Shown here piece after piece: positions 39,965 to 52,910 of a stretch of DNA of 64,000 nucleotides. The stretch is from Chrysomallon squamiferum (Eukaryota > Animalia > Mollusca): the NCBI GenBank assembly GCA_012295275.1, contig CM022673.1, positions 23,994,001 to 24,058,000 of the forward strand, in the 5' to 3' direction. The stretch's first letter is position 1; every line of letters starts with the position of its first letter. A program made the position numbers and the translations under genes. The notes under the pieces were generated by a model. The model searched no databases. It was given only the letters and a program-made list of their open reading frames with translations, and was not told where the DNA came from.

Positions 39965-42900
39965 GATTAATAGTCTTCAGGTGAAAATATTGATATTTCT
40001 TAGTAAAAAGAAAACCTAAAATGATGGTGCTGTCAAGAAACAGTTTTGTTCACAGTTTACTGATAGAAAATTCTCATTTACAAACAGAGCACCTCTCACA
40101 TCAAACTGCTTTGTACCTAGCTCCATTTTTACCAATTTGTCCTTCATTTTGTTATCATTCCTAATAACAGAACATTCCCATTTCCTTACCCTCTTAGCTC
40201 TGTTGAAAATGTATTTCCTACTATGTTTCCTCTTTTTTATTTTCCCTGGGTCTCATATTGTGGGGAAGAAAAAGATTAAAAAAAGACAAAGAAACAATGT
40301 AAATCTACTTTTGGTAAAAGAAAAATAATGACAGCTGCATCATGTTAAGAAAATATGAATACATTTTCTAGACTCTCAGTGTTCCTCATTTTCTAGGACT
40401 GAAAAAAAAAAGAAAAAAAAAAAAATAAAAAACAGTTGAGTAAATCTTTGTGTGACAACATGGAAGTGACAGATGAACCATTGTACACAGTTCCTTCCCT
40501 CATTTCCCCTCACCCAGCTTTCTAAATACATGAGATGAAGAGAATGGTAAACATAGTCTGAGAACAACACAAGTAATGATGGTTGTGTCAGGTGAAGAGA
40601 TTCTCTGATTATTAACATCCCCCGTCTTCAGTTTTACCTTGCTGAACTGAGAAGTGAGTCTACCTGTGGCAATGCGGAAGTACTGGTACGTGTCAGGTGA
40701 GGAGTCTGTGGTGAAAACTGATACTTCCTACAGCGAGAGTTTCCCACGAGCAGCCTGGCTGATTCACCTCAACACAATGTCAGACATGTTGGAACTGACT
40801 CTGTGTTTTCACCTCGCCAGTTCTCCTCCGTCAGTTTGATGTTGTCAAGTGGGAACAGGTGCAAAAACATCACACTATTAATATGATTTGAAAACTCCTA
40901 CTTAAGTTTAACAATCATTTACACGAAGGAATGAACATGTGTTTGATGATATAATCAACAGAGTTTTACAGTTGTAGCAGTGTTTTGTAACAGCTGGTGT
41001 GAAAAAAAGAAATATGTTTTATATTCATTTTATTGTTCTTGCACCTACTATGATGTTATTTACCTCATAAAAAGTACTCTGAAGAGAGCTGTTCACTTCT
41101 AAACTTTTAACCTACAAACAGCTTCTAAATATAACTTTTTTTTTTTCTAAACACAAATTAAAATGCAACATATGTGTTGTTAATGATTTGTTTTTATTTA
41201 CGGTTTTTAATACACAAAATCTTGATGAGTATTTCAGTCAGAAATCACAGTAAATAATATCTGATAAAATTCAGTTTATAACAATAACAATAAAAATAAA
41301 AAATAACAATTATTTCAGTTAGTTGTAATAATACTACATTCACAGTAGTGACATAAATACAGCATAATACAAAGTAGTTACAAAAGAATTTCCAAAAAAT
41401 TTATTTTTTGTTTTAAAAACATATCTACACTCTTACACAAAAACATTATTATAAACATGTGAAAAGTTGTTGGATTGGAGTATTTTCAATACACCTTGTA
41501 GTGATAGTAGTTGTAGGAATATGGGTAGTAGTAGTCATGAGAGTGCTGGTGCTAGTACAGTAGTATAATAATGCTAGTAATAGTAGTAGGAGTAGTAGTA
41601 GGATGACTAATATAACAGCAGCAGTAGTAGTAGTAGTGGTATTGGTAGCATGTGACTCTGTGTCAGTTCATGAAAAGTAACAGAATTATTTCTCCTGGTG
41701 GACTCTGCATGTTTTTACCTGTTCCAGTTATACTACTGTTTATCTGCAGTTTATTTCTGTAGAAAGCTGCATGTTAAAGATTTTTATTTTTCTCAGATAG
41801 GAATAGAACAGTCCATAGCACTGTTGTAAAACTAATGTGTGTGTGTGTGTGTAGTTATGTGTCTGTGAGTGTGTATGTTTTTGTATGTTTACTCATGTGT
41901 CTGTGTCAGTGTATGTGTATGTGTGTTTCTGTGTATATGTTTACACCTTTGTGACTGTGTCTTTTTGTGAGTGTGTGAGAGTGTGTGTATGTTTATGCCT
42001 GTATGTGTGTTTTTATGTGTTTATGTATATGTGTGGTGTGTTTATGTTCATATGAGTATGTTTTTGTGTAAGAGTGGTTGTGTGTGTGTGTGTGTGTGTG
42101 TGTGAATATAAATGAGAGTATGTGTTTTTCTCTCTGTGTACTACATAAAAGTATATAGTTGAAATAAACTTGTAATGGAATAGAAATGGTATATGTAAAA
42201 AGATATGTCACTTATGTGAGAACTCTTTAAAAGTATATGGCTAAAATAAACTTGTACTGGTGTAGAAATGGTATATGTAAAAAGTATATGTATGCAGTGT
42301 ATAAAAGTATATGGCAGAAATATATTTGAACAGGAATAGAAATGGTATATGTAAAAAGTATATGTATGAGTGTATAAAAGTATATGGCAGAAATATATTT
42401 GAACAGGAATAGAAATGGTATATGTAAAAAGTATAAGTGTATAAAAGTATATGGCAGAAATATATTTGAACAGGAATAGAAATGGTATATGTAAAAAGTA
42501 TATGTATGCAGTGTATAAAAGTATATGGCAGAAATATATTTGAACAGGAATAGAAATGGTATATGTAAAAAGTATATGTATGCAGTGTATAAAAGTATAT
42601 GGCAGAAATATATTTGAACAGGAATAGAAATGATATATGTAAAAAGTATATGTATGCAGTGTATAAAAAGTATGCATTTAAATATTTGAACATGGAAATG
42701 GTATATGAAAAAGTATATGTATGCAGTGTATAAAAATATGGTAATATATTTGAACAGGAATAGAAATGATATGTGTAAAAAAGTATGTGTAGTGTATAAA
42801 AGTATATGGTTGAAATATATTTGAACAGGAATAGAAATGATACATGTAAAAAGTATATGTATGCAGTGTATAAAAAGTATGGCGTATGGCATTTGAACAG

Positions 42901-44438
42901 GAATAGAAATGATATGTAAAAAAGCATGTGTGTAGCATTTAAAAGTATATGGTTGAAATAAACTTGCACAATGGTGTAAAAAGCATATGGTTGAAATAAA
43001 CTTGTACAGTGTAAAAATGTTATATGTAATAGTATATGTGTGTAGTGTATAAAAGTATATGGCAGAAATATATTTGTACAGGAATAGAAATGGTATATGT
43101 ACAAAGTATATGTGTGTACTGTTTAGAAGTATATGGTTGAAATACACTAGTACTGGAGTCAAAATGGTATATGTAAAAATTATATGTGTAGCATATAAAA
43201 GTATATGTGTAATATATAAAAGTATATGGTTGAAATACATACTACTGGAGTAGAAATGGTATATATAAAAAGTATATGTGTGTAGTATATAAAAGTATAT
43301 GTGTAATATATAAAAGTATATGGTTGAAATACATAGTACTGGTGTAGAAATGGTATATGTAAAAAGTGTCGGTGTGCACAGTTTAAAAGTGTATGGTTGA
43401 AATACACTGGAACTGGAGTAGAAATGGTTCTGACTCACATAAATGTTTGATGTTGAGATAAAATCTTTGTTCATGTTTATGGAGAACAGTGTTTAATGAA
43501 GTCGTGTGCAGTGTAAACAGTCAGTGACTTGTAAACTCAGGTAGCTCTGGTTAATGTTACAGTGTTGAGTAATGCGTGAGAGAAATAAATTCTTTTTACT
43601 AACTTCAGCAATACTGGTTTTTATACTGCTGTTTTACTGTTACTGTTTTCAGAAACTGAAAGCATATTTCAAGATTTTATATTCATTCCTTTTGGATTTT
43701 TTGTTTTATTGCTTTTTTTAAATTTATTTATTCATTTGTTTGTTTATTGTTTGTTTTTTTTCTGATAGAGATTTGGTCTCTTGGTTTACTTAATGTATAT
43801 AATTTATTTACTTTTGTAGTTTAAATGATTACAGATACTAGTTTATCGTTAAAAACAAGAAATCACTATTTCTACAATTGGAATAGTTTTAATCTAACAG
43901 TTTTGCCCAAAGTTTCAGAAATAAAATGTTGGTTTTCCTTGCAAATCCATACTTAAGTCAGACTTAATATGTGTAAAAATGTTTGTCAGTTTAATAATTT
44001 ACGTTGTCATCAGACATATTACTACCACTGTGATCATATCATTCATAGTGTTGACAGGTTACTACCGCTGATCATATCATTCATAGTGTTGACAGGTTAC
44101 TACCACTGTGATCCTATCATTCATAAATTGACATATTACTATCTTTGAGATCATATCATTCTCAGTGTTGACATGTTACTATACTACAATGTGTGTGTGT
44201 GTTACCATATTACAGTGTGTAAGTAAGTTACTATATTACAGTGTGTGTATTACCATATTACAGTGTGTAAAGTATAAATTACTATATCACAGTGTACATA
44301 TAGGTTACAGATGGAAGGCAGTGTCTGTGTGTTACTCTATTATTGTGTGTGTATACATGTGTTTATTACAATATAAATATATATTACAGTTAGAAACCAG
44401 TGTGAGTGTGTATAAATATATATTACAGATAGAAGGAA

Positions 44439-44470
<32 letters not shown>

Positions 44471-47400
44471 TTCTATATCAGTGTATATGAATGTATTACA
44501 GTGTATATTACAGATAGAAAGAAGTGTGTGTTTATATGTGTTACTATATCAGTGTTTATGAATGTATTACAGTGTATATTACAGATAGAAAGAAGTTTGT
44601 ATTTATATGTGTTACTATATCAGTGTATTACAGTGTATATTACAGACAGAAAGAAGTTTGTATTTATATGTGTTACTATATCAGTGTTTATGAATGTATT
44701 ACAGTGTATATTACAGACAGAAAGAAGTTTGTATTTATATGTGTTACTATATCAGTGTTTATGAATGTATTACAGTGTATATTACAGATAGAAAGAAGTT
44801 TGTATTTATATGTGTTACTATATCAGTGTTTATGAATGTATTACAGTGTATATTACAGACAGAAAGAAGTGTGTATGTATGTATTACTATATCACAGTGT
44901 ATATTACAGATAGAAAGAAGTGTTGTTTATATGTGTTACTATATCAGTGTATTACAGTGTATATTACAGATAGAAAGAAGTTTGTATTTATATGTGTTAC
45001 TATATCAGTGTATTACAGTGTATATTACAGATAGAAAGAAGTTTGTATTTATATGTGTTATTATATCAGTGTATTACAGTGTATATTACAGATAGAAAGA
45101 AGTGTGTATTTATGTATTACTATATCACAGTGTATATTACAGATAGAAAGAAAGTGTATGTATGTATCACTATATCACAGTGTATATGTATGTATTACAG
45201 TGTATATTACAGATAGAAAGAAAGTGTATGTATGTATTACTATATCACAGTGTGTGTTTATGTGTGTTACTATATCACTGTATTGCAGACAGAGTGTGTT
45301 GGACAAAGTGATGGTAGCAGGCTGCAGTTCTGTGATGATTCATCTCACTCAGTGAGTCATCCTCCGATTCCTTCACAACAACACACAGAACACCACAGCA
45401 CCACCACACAGAGGCATGCTGCACAACACCGCTGCTGTCACAGTGCTGCCAGTGACAGCCATGATGTTGTACACATCCTGACTGCAGTAGGTGATAACTG
45501 CTGCCATAGCAATGACACTGGAACATCACAGATTGAGGTAAATTTGTAAAAAAGTTTGTTTTTTTCACTTGTGTTAATTTCACATTGTATTGTTTGATAT
45601 TCGTCATTATTTAACAATAGATGGGGATATATATATATATATATATAAGCAAAATGAAAAATGAAAAAAAACATTAAAGTCAAAAAATATTTACAAACGA
45701 AGAAAAAGTTTCTGATATTTATTAACAGATATCAAGAAAAAAAAATCAATTAAAAAGACCCAAATAACATTACTGTTAATAAATAAATAAAACTAAAAAA
45801 ATTACTAAAAAAATGAAATGAATTAAATGACTGTAGAAAATAAAGAAATAAAAGTGACATATTTTTTAATTTTTTTTTTAAAATTAATAATGGTAGATTC
45901 TTTAGATTTGTGTCAACTTAAATTGAGAAAATAAATAAATTAATTATTAATTGTAATGATAACAAGAATAGTAAAGTAACAAGATTTGTTTTTATTCATT
46001 ATATTCATGATTAAATTTAGTGTTAATTCTCATTTCCTTTTCAATTCATTTATCAGGGTAAACATGTTACTATAATTAACAAAGATGCGAGTGTTTCAAG
46101 GTGCTACATGACATGACGGCTTCACGTGCTTTTCCCATTAATTCAGATATGCCCTGACATTTTCTCTTAATATTCAGCAGTTGTTAATGAAAACAGAAAT
46201 TACTTGATGCAAATTTTCTAAGTAAAATTATTCACTGTTAAAACCTCTTAGTGTAGTGTTTGTGAAGAAACACATTGACTGACATTGTTTGTTCATGTTT
46301 GAAATTATGATATCTAAATATCATTTAAAAAAATAAATTAATAAATAAATAACCCCACAAAAGCCCCCATCTTTTATCTATTATTTTTTTTTAATTATTA
46401 TTATTATTATTTTATAATATAAATTAGTTTTTCACTATCAGTTGGACTGTCAGTTTTCATTAAGACATTTATGTTAATCACATTTATAATACTTTTTTTA
46501 AATACTTCCTCACTCTTGTTACATCCCATCAGCCTGTAATGTTTGTATAAATGAGGGGTGTGGGGTCTTGCAGGGCGGAGATGGTGTGTGTGTCTTTCTG
46601 TTCTTTGTTTCGCTGGGAAAGGTCGACTTGTTTTCTCTGTGGTTATCTTAATTGTGATAACGCAGACGTGGGTAAATATGACTACAGTGTGTTTGTTGTG
46701 TACACAATCTTCATCACACACTCGGAATATTAATTTGTATAAAGAGTTGATAAGTTTGTGTGAGAATATGAGAAAATGTTCATTTAGTTATAAAGAAAAC
46801 TTAGCTGAAACTGGATACATTATGAACTGATGTTGTTTTTTTTTTTTTTTTATATCAACAGTTTATTATTTTATTTTATTTTTTTTATTTTTTTTTTTTT
46901 TTCAACTTTGCTGAATCAAGAAGATTTTTTTTTTTTTTTTTTTTTTAAAGGAAACTAATTGTTGCTGATAAATACATAATTTTTTTTATTTGCATCTTAA
47001 TTGTTCTCTTAGGATTGTATGGCATTTCTTTGAACTTGAGAAAAATGTTGTTAGTATGTCTGAAACTAATTTCTCCTCTAACTAAACATTTTTTTTTTTA
47101 AAAAAAATTCCATTTATGCGTAAAATGAATATTTACACTTAACAAATATTTGAAAAATAATAATTAAATGTAGGTTACTGATGTTTAATTTGGTTTATAA
47201 AATAAAAATGAGAACACTTAAACTTTCAACATTATCTTTGTTATTTGAAAATTGAGTAAATATTAAATTAGGTGTTTGCTTTTTTTTTTTTGAAAATGTT
47301 AAAATGTCAAATTAAATATGTTATAGATACATAGGCATAATCAATTTACAGTAATAGTGAAGGGGAAAAAAAATTCTGTTCACATGTTAAAATAATTTAT

Positions 47401-47583
47401 ATTATTTTTTACAAGTTGTATTATAAGTATTAAACTTTTTTGATTGTATTGTATTTTAAACTTGGTTTGTTTTGTTTAACAAATGATTTTGTAAATAGTT
47501 TTATTCAAAGATTGGAAATGTTTTTATATTTTAAAATGGTATATTCGATTATTTAACTTTATATAGTGTATTTAATAAATAAG

Positions 47584-47619
<36 letters not shown>

Positions 47620-49679
47620 TTAGTTCTGTATATTGTAAATACTGAACTATTTTTTATTTTTTATTTAATGATTATATATGTATGTTGTGTGTTTCCTGTG
47701 TGGTATTTAATGAACTGTTTATTTTACTGTGTTTTGTAAACTGTTTGTTGTTTTGTGTTGAAGGTTGTGGATGATCAGAAGAGAGCACTACAAGGTGAAA
47801 TGCTGCAGCTGTCGATGGCGATGGAAGACGAGAGCAAACTACAACTTGATAATCATCAATCATCTCATCATCCCACCCAACATCTGCCTCGACCCACCAC
47901 CACCTCCATCTCCCACCCACCCCATCACACAGTAATCTTAGAAACTCATCTAGTGTCAGATGTCACATCCCCGCACCATCAACATCAACATCAACATCAC
48001 CAACACCATCACGACGAAAGTAGTAATCAGTCATTGCTTCCATTCACGAGAAACGTCACACCCCAGCCTAACCTTGATCTTCCACCTGAGATAAAAGTGT
48101 CACGTCAAGGACAGAATGAACAGAGGAAAGATTCAACTGAAGTTCTGACCATTGCACAGCAACTAGAGGCAGCCAGACAGAAACGGGAGGAACTGACACA
48201 GATCATACTGCAGCTCGAGCAGCAGCTACAACAATGTTCTGTTGATGAGCAGGCTGCTGTAGCTGACCACGTCGCTGGTTTGTCAGCTGAATGTAACAAC
48301 AATGATCTCAAACACATTCCCTCACAATGTGCACCCTGCAGGCAGGAACTGGACATTGTTAACGACAACTACTGCAGCGTGTCTGCAGCAGCACTGGACA
48401 GACGAGTGGACCGTCATGCTGGACGTGACGGCAAGGATTCACTGAACACGTCAACGTCAGAGTCTTCAAATCAAACGGGAGTAAAGTTGAAGCGAAGAGA
48501 CAGTTTGTTTAAAACTCCACAGAAACCAAAACGTATTGCCAAGACCAGCACTGATGTCAACTTGACACATCCTCCTGTCACTTGTGATGATGTGGGCATG
48601 ACAGCGTCACACAAAAGTGATGTGGATGCTGCGCAGGATGCAGATCCCCACAGAACATTGTCTCCCAGTGAAGTGAGGACTCGAGACGTGTCTAAGAACA
48701 GACTAACTCATTCTTTACAAACGAACAGACAGACGGATAAACAGAATTGTGCACGGGCTGTTAATATTATATTTCCCAAACCGACAGTTCCCCGCGGCAC
48801 AGAGCTGAAGAGTTCCTGTCATGTTCTGAACCTGTCACCTCCAATCTGGACACCACTGGCCCTGAAAGAAGCAGCAAGTCTGACAAGTAACCCAAGCAAA
48901 TCCAACAACAACAACAACAATAACAACAACAACAACAGTAACAGCAATAGTGGAGTTAGTGAGGAAGGCAAAGTGGGTTCTCTGTCGCTGAGAGCTAACT
49001 TGAGGAGTACAAGATGTCTGGGGACAGACAGCCACATGGATGCGTTGCTGGACGACGAAGTTGTGTTCTTCTCTTCTAGACATCGGTCACTGTTCTGCGA
49101 GGTGGGGGACCCCCGCGACTGTCCCGACCCAGTAGCCATCACACTGTCCACTGGGGATGACACGGTCAGTAGTTTGTACTGTATGTATTCTTAATTTCAG
49201 GTTAACTCGCATGTATGTGTGACATATTTAAAAGTGGTGTGACATATATAGGATATTTTGGAGTATTTATGCATGAATGACTTTGAATGAGAAAGTGGAT
49301 GGTGGTGTTGTGCTGTTACATAAGGATAGATATGTGATGTGTTGATAGATAAGGATAGATTATATAGGGAAAGATATGTATTGATAATATAAGGATAGAT
49401 ATGTGATGTGTTGTATCTCATGAACCTTCAAATATAAATATTGCCCCTTTCTCTCCTCCAGATTTAATCATTTTCATTTGTAGTGTAAACATCCAACTCT
49501 TCTCAACTGAAGTGTTTCTACTGGCATGTTCAGAATGTGTCTGTGTCCCTCTTTCTGTGCACAGAGGCAGAGTGTAGCAGACTAAGTTTGTTGTGTTTTT
49601 ATTTCAGCACATTGTGCCCAACCTTGAAGATGGAATTCACAACAGTCCTCTGGAGGGATCAGCTTTCTCGCGGTACTGA
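32583..49679 (+). CDS. TROAP: Tastin / trophinin-associated protein (TROAP)-like. Exons: 32583-32647, 33011-33140, 33602-33765, 33985-34088, 34479-34594, 35181-35379, 35685-35863, 36345-36404, 36849-36929, 45289-45537, 47764-49164, 49608-49679; ~939 aa
   Basis: All exons join in frame with GT-AG sites. FEVDWSALKSIISDEGIKT matches the recalled TROAP motif FVADPAALATILSGEGVKS. The C-terminal HMDALLDDEVVFFSSR...CPDPVAITLSTGDDTHIVP matches the recalled TROAP C-terminus FHEARLDDECAFYTSR...CTNPVATLLEWQDALCFIP. N-terminal SKIP. Extra exons in the 8-kb intron cannot be excluded. Confidence 0.75.
34580..34862 (+). repeat. 28-29-bp tandem repeat (~10 copies) spanning a TROAP 5' splice site
   Basis: Unit ACTTCTCTACAAAAG/GTTAGTACGTTAAC; the first copy is the real exon end at 34594. 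Confidence 0.9.
38033..39220. repeat. Minisatellite, 35-41-bp unit (CTACATGTCATAGGTAAAGTAATGTGTGTGAGAACTGTGTA), ~30 copies
   Basis: Head-to-tail copies without spacers. Confidence 0.95.
42140..43430. repeat. Minisatellite, ~74-bp unit (AAAAGTATATGGCAGAAATATATTTGAACAGGAATAGAAATGGTATATGT...)
   Basis: Period of 73-74 bp measured between copies; explains the long low-complexity minus-strand ORFs. Confidence 0.9.
44020..44170. repeat. Short ~40-bp tandem repeat (TTACTACCACTGTGATCATATCATTCATAGTGTTGACAGG), 3-4 copies
   Basis: Directly visible. Confidence 0.8.
44400..45290. repeat. Minisatellite, ~50-68-bp unit (TATTACAGATAGAAAGAAGTTTGTATTTATATGTGTTACTATATCAGTG...) running into a TROAP acceptor
   Basis: About 13 degenerate copies ending at tattgcag/ACAGAG (45288/45289). 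Confidence 0.9.
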
Positions 49680-49689
49680 CCCTACATCG

Positions 49690-49789
49690 TGTTACAGTAA
49701 GACGATGTAGTTACATACAGTGTAACAGTCACTGCATGGTGTTACAGTAAGATGATGTAGTTACGTACAGTGTGGCAGTCACTGCATGG
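49690..49789. repeat. 50-bp direct duplication just after the TROAP stop codon
   Basis: GTTACAGTAAGAYGATGTAGTTACRTACAGTGTRRCAGTCACTGCATGG occurs twice. Confidence 0.85.
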
Positions 49790-49950
49790 CAGGTAGTGTG
49801 TGTGTGTGTGCGACGTTTGTGTTGCTGTGGTTGGTCAGAATTTGAGTGAACAGCTGTTTCGAGTAATAATTAAAAGAAATGTTTTCTTGACACTAGATTT
49901 TTTTTTTTTTTTTTTTTGTTTACAAAAACTTGACATACCTTGGGTTTTTC

Positions 49951-49985
<35 letters not shown>

Positions 49986-52029
49986 TTCTTAAAGAAAAGA
50001 AAAGATAAAGTTTGATAAAGTTTATGTGTTTTGTCAAATTTCGTGAGATTTTATAATTCTAATGTACATGTTTTTTTGTTTTTCTTCTTATTTTCATATT
50101 TTTATTGTGATTTTGATTTTTGATTTTTGGAAGAAATGGGAAAGCAGGTGAACAAACTGATCATTGTAAATATGTAAATTAGTTTTCACAATTCATGTAA
50201 TCATTTGAGAAATTGCAGATGTGCACTAAAAACATTTTTATTTTGGGCAGCTTTTATCCACTGTTTTTCTCCATGACAAGTGAATTAAAATATTTGTTGT
50301 CCTGCAAGAAGTAATTTTATTTATTTTATTTTTTTTTTTTTTTAAACTTTTATAAAATTTTGATAGCAAAGGTTTTTGAAAAGATTTTATTTTTCTTTCC
50401 AGTAATACAAAAAATGTGTTTATTTGTTACATCATTTATAACTGAGTAGCAGTCTTACATAGTGGCTTCCTTATAAATTCTAATATTAATCTTTATAGCA
50501 GTAAATATTTGTTACACATTCAGCAGGAAGGTTTCCCAAAGGAAACATTTCTGAATTAATTTAAGTTACTGAAAAGTAAAAGTGAATATATATATATATA
50601 TATATAAAATGATTAACATTATAGAGTTTATTTTGATTTTTATCCTGCTGAACAAAACTAAGTATGATTCTGTGATATTTGAATATGCAGCTTTTTTTTA
50701 TATGCAATTTACAGAACTGAAATTTTAGGCAGTTCAGTTTTACCAAAGATTTAGATAGCAGTTTAAGAAACAGTTATAAACGGTTTAATCTGATGTCTTT
50801 ACTAATCTGAGTATAGAAAAAAATATATAAAATAAAACTAATCTTTTAAATTAATAAAAAGAAATTGAAATTTTAAATAATTATCATTATTTTTTTTTTA
50901 CCTGACAAATAGTGTTACATGTTTGTATAAAGGATATACTAGGTGTGAGTAAGGTGTGAGTATGAGTGAGTATCACTGCCAGACACACAGCAAATGCCGT
51001 GTACTTAACTAAATGGCTGTTTTACCTTTATTTCATACTTTTTTTATTACATCTATAAATATGTATATACAGAGAGAAAAACAACAAAAAAATGACATGG
51101 ATTTCCAGACATTGCTACTTCTGAATTTAAATCAAGAACATTTTTTTTTTTTTTTTATCTGGGGTTTTTATTGGCAGAAAATATAAATTTTGGAGGTTTT
51201 AATTTTTTTAATTTTTTTTTTTTTTTTTTTGGTAAGGGGGTTTGATAAGCTGATGTTTTACACAACAAGTGTGTGTTATAAATATTCTGTGATATCTGAC
51301 AAGTGTTCTAATCAGAATGTTCTTTTTATTCATCTCTTTGTTAAACCTGCAGCTCAGTTGAGACTTACAGAAGCTTTATACAGTTACACAGATCTGTTAG
51401 TAATGGCTTGTATATAATAACATTCTGCATTTCACATTACGACTGTTATTACTGTGATCGATTAAATGTTTAATACACTGTTATATTAATATAACACATT
51501 GTATTACATGTTTCAACACATACTAGTGTTACATACTGTATTATAGGTTTTCATACAAATTAATATTACATTTTCATTGCAATAATATATGTTGTATATG
51601 TCTATAGAAAATTAACAAATCATGTCTTTCCATGCAAGTTTGGTTATTTAATTATGTATCAAAAAATTATAAAATTAAGTTAATTTAGATTTGTAGCAGA
51701 CAAGAAACAAACTTCTGAAATGTTTAATCTCTCCTTTTGATTTAAAAGATGAATATAGATGTTAGTATGTAGCTACTCTGTACATTGTAGTGTTAATCAT
51801 TTTTAATATTTATCCATTATTTATTCATTCATTTTGGTGCAACATTTGTATTCAAAAATAAATGTATTTTGTTTTCTTCTTTTTCTAGTTTGTCAAGGTT
51901 TAACAGATAAAAAATTGATTTGTTTATTTTCAGTTACTATATAATCTCAAAGGCATTGATGTGTATCAACTGTAAAGGTATGACTGTAAGACAGTGACAG
52001 AATTATTATTGTAAACATATCTTTAAAAC

Positions 52030-52910
52030 CATAATACTGACACTGGCAGTAAAACACTAAAACTGTCACTGACTGTGAATCACTAAAACTGACAGTAACT
52101 GTAAAACATTAATACTGATACTGGCTGTAAAGACACTAAAACCAACATTGATACAGTAAAATACTAAAACTGACACTGGCTGTAAAAATACTAAAACTGA
52201 CACTGGCTGTAAAAATACTAAAACTGACACTGGCTGTAAACACTAAAACTGACATTGATACAGTATAATACTAAAACTGACACTGTAAAACACTAAAACC
52301 AACATTGATACTGTAAAATACTAAAACCGACAATGACCATAAAACATTAAAACGGACACTGACATGAAATACCAAAACTGACAGGGACTGTAAAACACTA
52401 AAACTGACATCAACATGAAATATCAAAACTGACATTGATACAGTAAAATACTAAAAACTAATTGGACTGTAAAACACTAAAACTGACATCAACATGAAAT
52501 ATCAAAACTGACATTGATACAGTAAAATACTAAAAACTAATTGGACTGTAAAACACTAAAACTGACATTGATACAGTAAAAGATTAAAATTGACACTGAC
52601 TGTAAAATATTAAAACTGACACTGGCTTGAAACACTAAAACTGACATTGATACAGTAAAATACTAAAACTGACAGTGACCATAAAACACTAAAATGGACA
52701 TTGACATGAAATACCAAAACTGACATTGATACAGGAAAATACTAAAACTGACAGGGACTGTAAAACACTAAAACTGACATCAACATGAAATATCAAAACT
52801 GACATTGATACAGGAAAATACTAAAACTGACATCAACATGAAATACTAAAACTGACAGTGACTATAAAACACTAAAACTGTTATACTAAAATATTGAAAC
52901 TGACACTGTA
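52030..52910. repeat. Degenerate ~26-30-bp minisatellite (CTGTAAAACACTAAAACTGACATTGATA)
   Basis: About 30 copies with the core ACTAAAACTGACA. Confidence 0.9.

Noticed and set aside
42141-43474. Long minus-strand ORFs (415, 287 and 178 aa)
   Set aside because: Open in several frames only because the ~74-bp satellite lacks stops on that strand; periodic Y/I/F/H low-complexity translation.
44165-45355. Overlapping plus-strand ORFs up to 199 aa
   Set aside because: Translations of the minisatellite; only 45289-45537 behaves as a real exon.
48105-49163. Minus-strand ORFs over the large TROAP exon
   Set aside because: Antisense shadows of a coding exon containing AAC and CAG repeats.
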